This document shows, one piece after another, positions 46,500-60,212 of a stretch of 64,000 nt of DNA; the stretch's first letter is position 1; every line of letters begins with the position of its first letter. The translations under genes and the position numbers were made by a program. The DNA lies in contig CM059432.1 in NCBI GenBank assembly GCA_030390025.1, positions 67,706,001 through 67,770,000 of the forward strand, written 5' to 3'. The notes below the pieces were generated by a model. That model did no database searches. It was not told where the DNA came from and saw nothing but the letters and a program-made list of their open reading frames with translations. This stretch comes from Squalus acanthias (Eukaryota).

Positions 46500-48241
46500 A
46501 TAAGAACATAAGAACATAAGACGTAGGAGCAGGAGTAGGTCATTCGGCCACTCGAGCCTGCTCTGCCATTCAATAAGATCATGGCTGATCTGATCTTGGC
46601 CTCAACTCCACTTCCCTGCTCGCTCCCCATAACCCTTGACGCCCTTACCTTTCAAAAATCTGTCTATCTCCACCTTAAATATATTCAATGACCCAGCCTC
46701 CACAGCTCTCTGGGGAAGAGAATTCCAAAGATTCACGACCATCTGAGAGAAGAAATTCCTCCTCATTTCCGATTTAAAAGGGTGCCCCCTTATTCTGAAA
46801 TTATGCCCCCTAGTTCTAGATTCCCACACGAGGGGAAACATCCTCTCTGCATCTACCCTGTCAAGCCCCTTCAGAACCTTATATGTTTCAATAAGATCCC
46901 CCCTCATTCTTCTAAACTCCAATGAGTATAGGCCCAACCTGCTCAACTTTTCTTCATAAGACAACCCCCTCATCTCTGGAATCAACCTCATGAACCTTCT
47001 CTGAACTGCCTCCAATGCAAGTATATCCTTCCTTAAATAAGGAGACCAAAACTGTACGCAGTACTCCAGGTGTGGTCTCACCAACGCCCTGTAGAGTTGT
47101 AACAGGACTTCCCTACTTTTATACTCCATTCCCTTTGCAATTAAGGCCAACATTCCATTTGACTTCCTAATTATATGCTGTACCTAGAAACATAGAAACA
47201 TAGAAACTAGGAGTAGGAGTAGGCCATTCGGCCCGTCGAGCCTGCTCCACCAATCAATACGATCATGGCTGATCATCCAAATCCAGTACCCTGTCCCTGC
47301 TCTCTCACACAGAATCCCCATCGAGCCTGCACCGACACATATCCCACCCTATCCCCGTAACCCCACGTATTTAATTCCCCCTAACATATCCCATCCTATC
47401 CCCGTAACCCCACATATTTAATCCCCCCCTAACACTAAGGGTCAATTTATCATAGCCAAATCAACCTAACCCGCACATTTTTGGACCTGCATGCTAACTT
47501 TTTGTGATTCATGTACAAGGACCCCCAGATCCCTCTGTACCTCAGCATTTTGTAATCTCTCCCCATTTAAATAATAATTTGCTTTTTTATTTTTCCTACC
47601 AAAGTGGATAACCTCGCATTTTCCCACATTAAACTCCATCTGCCAGATTTTTGCCCATTCACTTAGCCTATCTATATCCCTTTGGAGATTCTTTGCGTCC
47701 TCCACACAATTTGCTTTCCCACATATCTTTGTATCATCAGCAAATTTGGCTACATTACACTCAGTCCCTTCATCCAAGTCATTAATATAGATTGTAAATA
47801 GTTGAGGCCCCAGCACTGATCCCTGCGGCACCCTACTAGTTACAGTTTGCAAACCTGAAAATGACCCATTTATCTCGACTCTCTGTTTTCTGTTAGTTAC
47901 CTAATCCTCTATCCATGCTAATATATTACCCCCAACCCCATGAGCTCTTATCTTGTGTAGTAACCTTTTATGTGGCACCTTATCGAATGCCTTCTGGAAA
48001 TCCTAATGCACGACATCTACTTGTTCCCCTTTATCCACCCTGCTCGTTACATCCTCAAAGAATTCCAGCAAATTTGTCAAACATGATTTCCCTTTCATAA
48101 AACCATGTTGACTCTGCTTGACTATATTATGATTTTCTAAATGTCCTGCTATCACTTCCTTAATGATGGACTCCAGCATTTTCCCAATGACAGATGTTAG
48201 GCTAACTGGTCGATAGTTGCCGGCTTTCTGTCTCCCTCCTT
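46500..48241 (-). mobile_element. 5'-truncated CR1 interrupted at ~47185-47487
   Basis: RT motifs in ORFs 46602-47153 and 47466-47852. Confidence 0.88.
47290..47487 (-). mobile_element. HE1-like elasmobranch SINE fragment, fused to a CR1 tail (47185-47285)
   Basis: Minus strand GTCCAAAAATGTGCGGGTTAGGTTGATT..ATGATAAATTGACCCTTAGTGT resembles the HE1/V-SINE core as I recall it. Confidence 0.6.
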
Positions 48242-49291
48242 TGTAGCTTTAAAAAAGCTTTCCATTCACTGTCATTTCAGAAACTTTCAGGACTGAGCTG
48301 TGCGTGACCGCTTTGTTTGTGGGTTGAAAAATGAATGCATCAGAAGTAAATTGTTGACAACCCCTAACTTGACTTTTGACTTAGCTTGTCAGACAGCTAT
48401 GTCGATGGATATGGCCGACCGATACTCCCGAGAGTTCCACGGCATTTCCAGTCTTCAGACAACCGAGGTGAATCAGCTGCAGGCTAAAAGTAAAAGGCAG
48501 TTGGGCCCCAAGGCAACTGGCCAAGGTAACAGTGCATTGAAGTCGTGCTATCAGTGCCTGGGACAACACATCACTCAAAGCTGTCCATATGTGAAGGCAG
48601 AGTGTTTCTACTGCAAGAAAACTGGGCATTTTGCGAAGGCATGCCGACAGAAGAGTAAACTAACTGGCAATGCTAGAAGTAGAAATCGGCAGACACTACA
48701 TACCGTTGAAGAGAAGCAGCAGGACGAGGAGTTTCTGGAGATTCATATCATCAGGAGCACAGAGGTATCTAACAGCGATTCACGAGGTATCGTCATCCAA
48801 GTAGATGTCGCAGGAACCAGGTTGCCCATGGAAATCGAGACTGGTTCATCTGTGAGCGTAGTACCAGAATCACTATATCGCGACAAGTTGTGTGATTATC
48901 GAAGGTAGAGCTGTGAGGCTACTCAGGAGAACAAATCCCTGTAGTAGGACGTGTCACCATACCAGTGAAATACAAGGATCAGTGTCAGAGCTTGCCTCTC
49001 ATAGTAATGGCAGGAGACAAGCCTGCCTTGATAGGTAGTAATTGGTTGGGATCACTGAAGCTGGATTGGCATTAGATTTTTCATGTGGAAGCGAAATTTG
49101 CATCGAAAGATGATGTCATCAAGCAGCATCCGAAGGTGTTCAGCGAAATGGGCAGTCCAATCCAAGAGTTCAAGGCGAGTGTCAGAGTGCAGAAGGACGC
49201 AAGACCAGTTTATTGCAAGCCAGGTCCTGTACCATACGCACTCAAGGAGAAAGTTGAGCAAGAACTCAAAAGACTAGAAACTGAGAACAAT

Positions 49292-50056
49292 GGCCCAGAA
49301 ATTCGCCTCTCCAGCTTGCCGCGGGGGTAAGGATCGCGCGCGCTCTTACCTACCGCACCTGCCGTTGTGTTTTGGGCCCACGGGAACTTCGGGTCTTGGG
49401 CCTTTCCCAACTGCGGGCGCGCAGTGCTTGCGTGTTCCAGGGGCGCAGTTAGTGTGATGCGACCCCTGGGATCACGTGGGCCATGGAGAGCCAATGGCAG
49501 CAGACCATCTTTCATTCATAGATTTGACAGGAGACCTGTCAAATCAGTGAATTGAAATCGGCCCCAAAAGAACAGCTAAACTTAAAATAAATTTTTTAAA
49601 AAAACCATCACATTTATAAAATAACTATAGTTAAATAAATTAACCACTTTAAACAAAAATTTAAATTTTTGAAAAAATTTAAATACTTTTTAAAAGTTAT
49701 AAAAATAAACTTACCTTTCTTTAAAGTATCTAAAAAAGATAAACCTGTTGAAAAAAATTTAAAATTATACTTAATTAACCACTTACCTTGTTCAAAACGT
49801 GTGTTGCGCTTCCTTTTCATTAGCATAGTATCTTCCATACTTAACCTCGCGTAGAAACCTGAAAAAAACCCTAAGTTTGCTGCGTGCGCGCAGCCTCTAG
49901 CACGCACGCGGTTCACCTAGGAACCGCCCCCTTCACCATACCGGAAGTTCCGGTTTCCCGCGCATGCGCAGTGCATGCAGGAAACCGGCACTTCGGGAAG
50001 CAATACGGGTAAGTACACAGTCCGTACTCACCCGGGAAGGGCCGAATTTTTGGGCC
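49292..50056. mobile_element. Harbinger-like MITE within Gypsy pol
   Basis: TIR GGCCCAGAAATTCG/CGAATTTTTGGGCC with 3-bp TSD AAT. Confidence 0.8.
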
Positions 50057-52089
50057 AATAAGGGATTGAAGGGGTAGTGTGTTATTTGGATGACATACTC
50101 ATTTCAGCACCAAACAGGCAAGTCCAGGATGAGGTGTTGAATGAAGTGCTCAAACGGCTGGAGAAGCACAGAGTATGAGTGACAGCTCACAAGTGTGAGT
50201 TGTTTCAAAACTCAGTGGAGTACTTAGGGCACAGAGTAGACAAAGATGGTTTACATCCAACCAAGGGAAAGCTGGATGCAATCAGAAATGCACCCACTCC
50301 CAAGAATGTCTCTGAACTTCGATCATTTTTGGGTCTTTTGAATTATTACGGAAAGTTCCTCCCAAACTTGGCTACATTGTTACATCCACTGAATGAGCTG
50401 TTGAGAAAACAGGTCCCTTGGAAGTGGTCAAAAGAATGCGACACAGCATTTAAAGAGTGTAAAAGCCAGTTAGTAGAGAGTACCATGTTAGTTCACTATG
50501 ATGTATCGAAGGAGATCAAGCTAGCATGTGACACATCTCCGTATGGAGTTGGGGCAGTGATCTCTCATGTACTAGATATTGGGGAGGAGAGACCAATTGC
50601 TTTTGCGTCACGCACTCTCGGTGCCAGTGAGCGGAATTATGCGCAGATCAAAAGGGAAGCTTTGTCATTGATTTTTGGGGTCAAGAAGCTGCACAAATAC
50701 TTGTTTGGTCGTAAGGTTACCATAGTTACTGACCATAAGCCCCTGTTCCAGTAGACCCCAGTTCCAGTAGGGACCATAAGTCCCCAGTTCCAACCTTAGC
50801 TGCAGCCCGAATGAAGAGATGGGCTTTGATTTTGTCAGCGTATATGTATGACATTGATTACAGATGATCAGCTGATCACAGTAAAGCTGATGCTATGTCC
50901 AGGTTGCCATCTCCATCACAAGTTACACCCAATAAGGAACATTGATGAGCTGCCAGTCACAGCTGAAGAGATTGGTAGGGCAACCAAACGTGACCCAATT
51001 ATGTCAAAGGTGTATGATTACTGAGCAAAAGAATGGCCAAACCAGGTATCAGAGGAAGATATCCATCCATACTTCATTTGTAGGAATGAATTATCAGTCG
51101 ATAAAGATTGTATCATGTGGGGAGCAAGAGTGGTTATCCCAAATAGGTTCAGGTCTAAATTGTTAGGAGATCTTCACGACCAGCACCTGGGAATGTGCTT
51201 GACCAAGAGCTTTATGGTGGCCAGGTTTAGATAAAGAGATAGAGTACATAGTCAGTCAGTGTACAACATGTCAATCAGTGAGCAAGAAACCACCATTAGT
51301 ACCATTAAAGCCATGGAAATGGACTCCCAGAGGGTGGCAAAGGTTACATGTAGATTTTGCTGAGCTAGAAGGACAGCAATTGTTCATAGTGATAGGTAGT
51401 CACTCGAAGTGGGTAGAGGTGTTTCCGATGCGGATAATAACATCAAGCAAAACACTAGACAATTTACAAAGATTGTTTTCTTCATACAGCCTCCCAGAAG
51501 AAATTGTGTCTGATTTTTTTCAGAAGAGTTCATGAGCAGAAATGGTGTGAAACATACCAAAGTTTCACTGTACCACCCTGCTTCAAATGGTACAGCAGAG
51601 CACACAGTATAAATTGTCAAACGTGCCCTTATCAAGCAAATGTTGGATTCAAATCAAAAAAGAAATGTCAGTTGTCATTGGACCACAAACTGGCAAATTT
51701 TCTGATTACATATCAGAATACTCCTCATACCACTACTGGTAGAAAACCAGCAGAATTGTTTCTCAAACAATAGCCACGAACCAAGTTCTCATTGTTAAAG
51801 TCAAACTTGGCACAGTCCATGGAAGAGAAACAATCAAGGCCGAAAGAGAGTCATGATAAAGGTAGAGTTAGAGAGAGAAGTGTGAAGTTGAACTAGAAGG
51901 TTAGAGTGAAGAACCATCACCATAAATGGTTAAAGTGGTTACCAGGAAGAGTAGTGAAGATATGTGGCCCTCGCATATATTTGGTCAAGATATTTAATCA
52001 TGGAAAGGTTAGGTTTGTTCACATTGATCATATCTTACCTACAGATGTGGAAGGAGTTGAAAGCTGGGATGATTCAATTTATTCTGATA

Positions 52090-54228
52090 AGAACATAAGA
52101 ACATAAGAAATAGGAGCAGGAATAGGCCACTTGGCCCCTTGAGCCTGCTCTGCCATTCAATAAGATCATGGCTGATCTTGGGCTCAAAGACACTTCCCCG
52201 CCCATTCCCCATAACCCTTCACTCCCTTATCTTGCAAAATTTTGTCTATCTCCACCTTAAATGTATTTAATGACCCAGCCTCCACAGCCCTCTGGGGCAG
52301 AGAATTCCACTGATTTACAACCCTCTGGGAGAAGAAATTCCTCCTCATCTCAGTTCTAAAAGGGCGACACTTTATTCTAAAACTGTGCCCCCGCGTGCTA
52401 GATTTCCCCACGAGGGGAAACATCCTCTCTGCATCTACCTTGTCGTGCCCCCTCAGTATCTTATATGTTTCAATAAGATCACCTCTCATTCTTCTAAATT
52501 CCAAAGAGTATAGGCCCAGCCTGCTCAACCTTTCCTCATAAGTCAACCCCCTCATCTCTGGAATTAACCTAATGAATCGTCTCTGAACTGCCTCCAATGC
52601 AAGTATATCCTTCCTTAAATAAGGAGACCAAAACTGTACGTAGTACTCAAGGTGTGGTCTCAACAATACCCTGTACAGCTGTAGCAGAACTTCCCTGCTT
52701 TTATACTCCAACCCCTTTGAAATAAATGCCAACATTCCATTTGCCTTTTTGATTACTTGCTGTACCTGCATGCTAACATTTTGTGTTTCATGCACAAGGA
52801 CCCCCAGGTCCCTCTGAACTGTAGCATTTTGTAATCTCTCTCCATTTAAATAATAATTTGCTTTTTTATTTTTGCTGCCAAAGTGTATAACCTTGCGCTT
52901 TCCCACATTATACTCCATCTGCCAAATATTTGCCCACTCACTTAGCCTGTCTATATCCCTTTGCAGGTTCTTTGCATCCTCTGCACAACTTGCTTTCCCA
53001 CCCATCTTTGTATCATCCGCAAACTTGGCTACATTACACTCGTTCCCTTCATCCAAGTCATTAATGTAGATTGTAAATAGTTGAGGCCCCAGCACCGATC
53101 CCTGTGGCACCCCACTAGTTACCGTTTGCCAACCGGAAAATGACCCATTTATCCCGACTCTCTGCTTTCTGTTAGTTAGCCAATTCCCTATCCATGCTAA
53201 TATATTACCCCCAATTCCGTGAGCTCTTATCTTATGCAGTAACCTTTTATGTGGCACCTTATCGAATGCCTTCTGGAAATCCAAATACACCACATTCACT
53301 GGTTCACCTTTGTCCACCCTGCTCGTTACCTCCTCAAAGAACTCCAGCATATTTCCCTTTCATAAACCCATGCTGACTCTGCTTGACTGGATTATGATTT
53401 TCCAAATACCCTGCTACTGCTTCCTTAATGAAAGACTCCAGCATTTTCCCAACGACAGATGTTAGGCTAACTGGTCCATAGTTTCCTGCTTTCTGTCTCC
53501 CTCCTTTCTTAAATAAGGGTGTTACATTTGCGGTTTTCCAATCAGCTGGGACCTCTCCAGAGTCCAGGGAATTTTGGTATATTGCAACCAATGCATCCAC
53601 TATCTCTGCAGCCACTTCTTTTAAGACCCTGGGATGCAGGCCATCTGGTCCAGGGGACTTGTCATCTTTTAGTCCCATTATTTTACCAAGTACTATTTCC
53701 TTAGTGATAGTGATTGTCTTTAGTTACTCCCTCCCTGTGGCCCCTTGATTATCCATTATTGGGATGTTGTTAGTGTCTTCTACCGTGAAGACAGATACAA
53801 AATATTTGTTCAAAGTCTCTGCCATTTCCCCATTCCCCATTATTAATTCCCCAGTCTCATCCTCTAAGGGACCAAGGTTTACTTTAGCTACCCTCTTCCT
53901 TTTTATATACTATCTGTTTTAATGTTTCTTGCTAGTTATCTCTCATAATTCATCTTCTCTCTCTTTATTATTTTTTTAGTCATCCTTTGCTGGTTTTTAA
54001 AAATTTCCCAATCCACTGGTCTCCCACCAATCTTGGCAACATTGTATGCCTTCGTTTTCAATTTGATACCATCCTTTACTTCCTTAGTTAGCCACGGATG
54101 GTGCTCCCTTCTCTTAAAGTCTTTCTTTCTCACTGGAATATAATTTTGTTGAGAGTTATGAAATATCTCCTTAAATGTCCGCCACTGCATTTCAACTGTC
54201 ATACCCTTTAATTTATTTTTCCAGTCCA
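52090..54228 (-). mobile_element. 5'-truncated CR1 with well preserved RT
   Basis: 388-aa RT ORF 52184-53350 and upstream SPGPDG ORF. Confidence 0.92.
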
Positions 54229-55929
54229 AATGATGAGTCAGATAGTCTTGTTACAAATAATGTACCAGTAGCAAATCCTACATCAGACGTACTAGAAACA
54301 AGTCCAAGACAAAGTTAGAATTTAAGTCTGAGCCCGAGTCAGGCAGATAAACAGTCTGAAAGTGTAACGAGTCCAAATGTAGATCAAGGTCAGCCCTTGG
54401 AGAAACATTCTCCGCAGGCTCAGCCTAGAATGAGTCAAAGTCCTACAACAAGATCTGAGAGTTCTGTTCAAGAAAGAAGACATCCTCTTCGAAACAGAAA
54501 ACCAGTAGTTAAGTTTAATCTGTAAATATGGAAAATAAGTTAATATCTTTTGTTTGTGTTACAGAATTCTATAGTACAATTTGGAAACATAAAATGGGTT
54601 CCATTTGAGAAATGTATACCAAGAGTTGTGTATACCATGTAAGTCATGTACAATGATTATTTGCTATGATTAACTTCTTCAATAAGGAAGGAGAAGTGTA
54701 ATAGAGCCACCTGGTGGACTACTGATGTATATAACAATAAAGCCATGTGCAATACAGTTCTTACCGGAAGCCATGTTGTGCTGTTGTATATATATGCTGT
54801 GTCTCAAGATATCACAGTCTCCAATGATCAAATGCATCACAGTACATGATGCTCTTCTATTACTGGAGCTTTAGACGGGGTTATTGCCTTTGGAGAGTAG
54901 CAGACAAGGGTTCAACGGGAAATTGGATCAATATTCTGGAGTTGAACCTGACTATATTTAAGGATCAGCGAGTATTTATGCAGAGCTTTCAGTCAGGAGA
55001 TTAAATATATGGGGTTGAGTTCATAACAGGGTAAATATAACAAAAAGGGGCTAAAATACGTCTTGGACATTAGCGCAAAATAGGCGATCGTGAATCAGCA
55101 TCCCATTTTGCACTCAGTCTGATTATCTGGTCCATTGGGCGATAGTGTAAAACGGATTGCCAATTCGCTATTGCTCATTTAGCATTACCACCCAAGGTGA
55201 ATTTCACACCTAATCTGTGGAAGGAGCAAGATTGAAGAGCTGAATAGCCTGTTTCAGTCAATGCTCCTCATGTTCTCTGACGCCATTTAAAAGGAAGATG
55301 CTCTGTGGCTGTAGACAGCAAGAAACGTTCCGAAAGGTACAAAATGGTTGGAAGAGATCCAGAGGGCACCCAGGTTCTCCGAGGCAGCCTTGAAGGCCTT
55401 ACAAGGAGTGTAGGATCCTTATTTAAATATTATAATTAGCATGCGGAATCATTCCAATGAGCACCCTGGACGCCTGCAGAACAGCCCGATCCAATATGGT
55501 GGGCGGCGCACTTCCTAAGAGGGAAGGGCGCGCACGCATCGCCCACCACATTAGATCCTTTGGCACCCATTTTGCCCTAACCCTCTAAAACGGTGCAGCA
55601 CAATCATATTTCTAGGCCCATATCTTCAGATCTTGGCACACTTACTTGCCGATCACTGGCACAAGCATAATAATCTGAGGGACGTCCATCATTCCATGAT
55701 AATGACTGAGAACAGCTACCTCAGTTTGCTCCAGATCAGCAGAGAGATAATTGCAGAGCTTTGATTTCACAATACTATTTGGACCATGCACAAAAAGTTC
55801 GGTGGTCCTGTCGCTATTCCCCCAATTTTTTAAATGTGACTGCCAGGAACCAAAAATCTGCTGCTGTTCCAGCATACTCTCCTCAAAATTTAGGCGGAAG
55901 TATGCCAGAATTTCTAGACACTGGATACC

Positions 55930-57555
55930 ATGGCCGGGATTGGCCTTACCTGGGCGGATCCATAGCGGGCGATGTCGGTGGCGGGTCGCGGCCCCGCTGC
56001 TGGCTCCATCCCAGCCTCTGAAATGAATTTCCGTTGATAGGCCTTGTTAAGCCCACTCAGCACGTTTCCTGGGCCAATTAGAGGAAGCGAGTCTGGTGAC
56101 GCCATTCATGACGCATCATCAGCCGGTTTCCTTAAAGGGACCATGGCCAACTTTTTATTGACATTTGTGCTGTCAGTGTTCTACAGCACTGAAGCGCTGT
56201 AAACACTGACATGACTGCACAGAGGCAGAGGGCTGTACCCAGGTTCTACCTGATTCCCTCCATATGTTTATGGATGAAGTCAGAGCATGCAGGGAGGTCC
56301 TCTTCTCTTCCAATGGGTGGAAGACACCTCCCCAGAAGACCAAAACAGCCTGGTTGCACATTGCACAGGAGGGCACAAGCAGGGATGTGGTCAGGAGGAC
56401 CTGGGTGCAGTGGCGCAAACATTTCAATGATCTCATTAGATCAGGAAACGTTAGTACAAAGCCACATTCAACCTCATCCTGCTGTGCCTCTCATCACATC
56501 CCTATCACTCTGCCTTCCCTACCCTACTCCTGCACATCCTTACTCACACCAATTTACCTTGCACCTCCACCCATCCCTCTTTATCTACATTATCACTTCC
56601 CTATCTCACTAGCCACCCCTCACACTCACCCTCATCTTAGTCCAATCATACCAACTAACAACACACAAGGGTAGGCGCTTGGGTGTTTTATCCAATATTT
56701 ATGTAAAGTTTCTATTAATGTGCTGTCAAACATTCAAATCTTTATTTTCAACAGTCTTGGAGAGATTTGTGTGAACCTTTGGAAGTGGCTTAGTGAGTTG
56801 CAGTGAATGGTGAGACATAATGGTACCCCCCACAATGGTGATGAGTGTGAAAGGAATGGCTTGGGCATTGTAGGGATGCTTTATGGTGTTGGTGTGGGAT
56901 GGTGCCAACCTGGTGCATCATCTAGCAGCCATATGGGTGTACAGCGTAAAGTTAAGTAAATCTGGCCATGATGAGGCCATCCCTGGCCTCCTGGGCAGCA
57001 ATGTGGTCGGGTGCTGATGCCTTGTATCCTGTGCAGCATCAGTTGATTACAGAGAAGGTTGGTGTTGTTGTTGGTGCTGCTGGTGTTGGGGCTGATCATG
57101 GTGGGATTCTGAGGACCAAGGTGAGACAGTATAAACGGCACTCATACTGATGGAGTAGATGGCAGGTGAAGTACAGATGACAGAAGTGATCTGTCAATGG
57201 AGAGAGAGGTAATGAGGTGAGACTGGATGGAAACTTGTGGAAAGACTTGCAGCATGCTGATTCTGTTATGGAAAAGCAGTGAGGAACAGCTTATGACTGA
57301 GGAAGGTGATCTCTGTCAGGTGGAAGCTTTTACTGTACATTTGAAGCTGTCATGTAATCAGCTGGAGCAATGGCCACTGAACTCTCGCCTCAGGTTGACA
57401 GACGTGGTCACCGAACAGCGTGGTTCCTGTAGCCATGAAGTTAAAGTTAAAAAGTAAGGTAAAAATACCTGTTAAGGGTCTGGTAAGTACATTATAATTA
57501 GTTTAGTTGGGTCGTCCGCCGCTGCCTGTCGGGTCTGCTCAGCACTGATAGCCCC
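55930..57555. mobile_element. Internally deleted Harbinger relic (Myb exon + at 56211-56450; transposase N-terminus - at ~56890-57148)
   Basis: MTAQRQRAVPRF...KTKTAWLHIAQE...RRTWVQWRKHFNDL. The Gln-rich N-terminus matches the 30605 transposase. Confidence 0.7.
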
Positions 57556-57556
57556 G

Positions 57557-59890
57557 AACATAGGAACATAGGAACAGGAGTAGGCCATTCAGTCCCTCGA
57601 GCCTGCTCTGCCATTCAATAAGATCATGGCTGATCTGTGACCTAACTCCATATACCCGCCTTTGGCCCATATCCCTTAATACCTTTGGTTAACAGAAAGC
57701 TATCAATCTCCGATTTAAAATTAACAATTGATCTAGCATCAATTGGCGTTTGTGGAAGAGAGTTCCAAACTTCTACCGCCCTTTGTGTGTAGAAGTGTTT
57801 CCTAATTTCACTCCTGAAAGGTCTGGCTCTAATTTTTAGACTATGCCCCAAGTTCTAGAATCTCCAACCAGTGGAAATAGTTTCTCTCTATCTACCCTAT
57901 CTGTTTCCCTTAATATCTTGAAAACTTTGATCAAATCACCCCTTAACCTTCTAAATTCTAGGGAATACAACCCTAGTTTGTGTAATCTCTCCTTGTAACT
58001 TAAGCCTTGAAGTCCGGGTATCATTCTGGTAAACCTACGCTGCACTCCCTCCAAGGCCAATATATCCTTCCTAAGGTCTGGTGCCCAGAACTGCTCACAG
58101 TTCTCCAGGTGTGGTCTAACCAGGGTTTTGTATAGCTGCAGCGTAACTTCTACCCCCTTGTATTCTAGTCCTCTAGATATAAAGGCCAGCATCCCATTAG
58201 CCTTTTTGATTATTTTCTGTACCTGTTCATGACATTTTAATGATCTATGCACCTGGACCCCCAAGTCTCTTTGGACCTCCATGGTTTTTAGCCTTTTACC
58301 ATTTAGAAAGTACCCTGTTCTATCCTTTTTAGGTCCAACGTGGATGACCTCACATTTGCCTACATTGAAATCCATTTGCCAGTTTTGCCCATTCACTTAA
58401 TCTATCGATATCCCTTTGTAATTTTATGCTTCCATCTACACTGCCGACAATGCCACCTATCTTTGTGTCATCGGCAAATTTGGATATATGACTTTCTATG
58501 CCATCATCGAAGTCATTAATAAATACTGTGAATAGTTGAGGCCCCAACACAGATCCCTGTGGGACACCATGAGTCACCTCCTGCCAATTTGAGTCCTTAC
58601 CCATTATCCCTACTGCCTGTCTTCTGCCGCTCAGCCAATTTCCTAACCAGGTCAATAAGTTGCCCTCAATTTCATGGGCTTCTACCTTAGTTAACAGTCT
58701 CTTATGTGGGACTTTACCAAATGCCTTCTGGAAGTCCATATAAATAATATCCATAGACATTCCCCTGTCCACTACTTTAGCAACCTATTAGGTATATCAG
58801 CGTGACCTGCCTTTCACAAATCCATGCTGGCTCTCTCTGGTCAACTGAAAATTTTTGAGGCATTCAGTTACCCTATCCTTAATTATAGACTCTAGCAATT
58901 TCCTGACAACAGATGTTAAGTTAACTGGTTTATAATTCCCTGGCTTCCTTCTCTCACTATTCTTAAATAGCAGAGTGACATGTGCAATTTTCCAATCTAA
59001 AGGAACAGTTCCTGATCGAGAGAACTTTGGAAGATTATAGTTAGGGCAATTGCAATGTACTCACCTACTTCCTTGAAATCCCTGGGATGGAAACCATCTG
59101 GTCCTGGGGATTTGTCATTCTTTAGTGCCATTATTTTCTTCATTACTGTTATTTTACTTACATTAATTTTATTGAGTACCTGTTGCTGATTTAGTTTCCT
59201 TGGGATTTCCGGCATGCAGGATTGGTGGATGCCGGAAATCCTCTACTGTAAATACTGACGCAAAGTAATTATTCAACATGTCTGCCATTTCTTTATTATC
59301 ATTGATAATATTACCGCTTTCAGTTTTTAAGGGGCCAACATTGCTCCTGGCTACCCTCTTTTTCCTAATATAATTGTAAAAAATGTTTTTGTTGATTTTG
59401 ATATCCCTTGCAAGTTTCCTTTCATACTCTCTTTTTGTAGCTCTTACTATCTGTTTTGTGACCCTTTGTTGTTCTTTCTTTCCCATTCGCCAGGATCTGT
59501 GCTATATTTTGCATTTTTGTACATTTTTTCTTTTAGTTTTATGTTGTCCCTTACCTCTTTAGTCATCCATGACTGGTTTTTTTGGTAAGTAGAGCTTTTA
59601 CCCCTCAGGGGTATAAACTGGTTCTGTATCACCTTAAATTCTTTTTTGAACATCTCCCACTGATCTTCTGTCATTTTACCCATTAACAGATTTGCCCAGT
59701 TTACTGTGGACAGTCTCTGTCTCATCCTGTTGAAGTCGGCCTTATCCAAATCTAGAATCTTAGTAGTTATTTCGCGTTTCACCCTTTCAAATGCTACGTT
59801 GAACTGGATCATGTTATGATTGCTATTGGATAAATGTTCACGCACAGTTAGGCTGTTAACTAAATCTGGCTCATTACTCATTACTACCCA
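57557..59890 (-). mobile_element. 5'-truncated CR1 (diverged subfamily)
   Basis: RT and linker ORF fragments across 57642-59935. Confidence 0.88.
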
Positions 59891-60212
59891 AAATTTGGAA
59901 AGGCGCGTTGCGGCGGGTTGACAGCGGGTTCCCAACCCGCTGTCAAAAAAAACACCTTCCCACCCGACCCACCACCAATCCTGCCTGCTGACACCCTGGA
60001 AAATTCCGGCCTATATGTTTTAACCTAGTGACTTCGAATCTGCAATGGCCTTGTGGGAGTGGAGTTTGGTAGAAGCTTCAACATGCTGCCTCTTCAGTGC
60101 CCAACCTAGGCCAATGGTGGTGGGCATTAAATTGTAGCTACCAATGATGGCTCTGAATGTACATCTATAAGATGAACAAAACCCTCTCTTAAAGTTGACT
60201 CAACAACACCTT

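Larger units (their letters stand above)
48243..54816 (+). mobile_element. Decayed Ty3/Gypsy retrotransposon interrupted by a MITE and a CR1; candidate 3' LTR 54697-54816
   Basis: RDRFVCGL and double CCHC gag, protease, YLDD, LACD.S.YGVGAV RNase H, RLHVDF integrase fragments; PPT AAGGAAGGAGAAG followed by TGTAAT...ATCACA. Confidence 0.8.
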
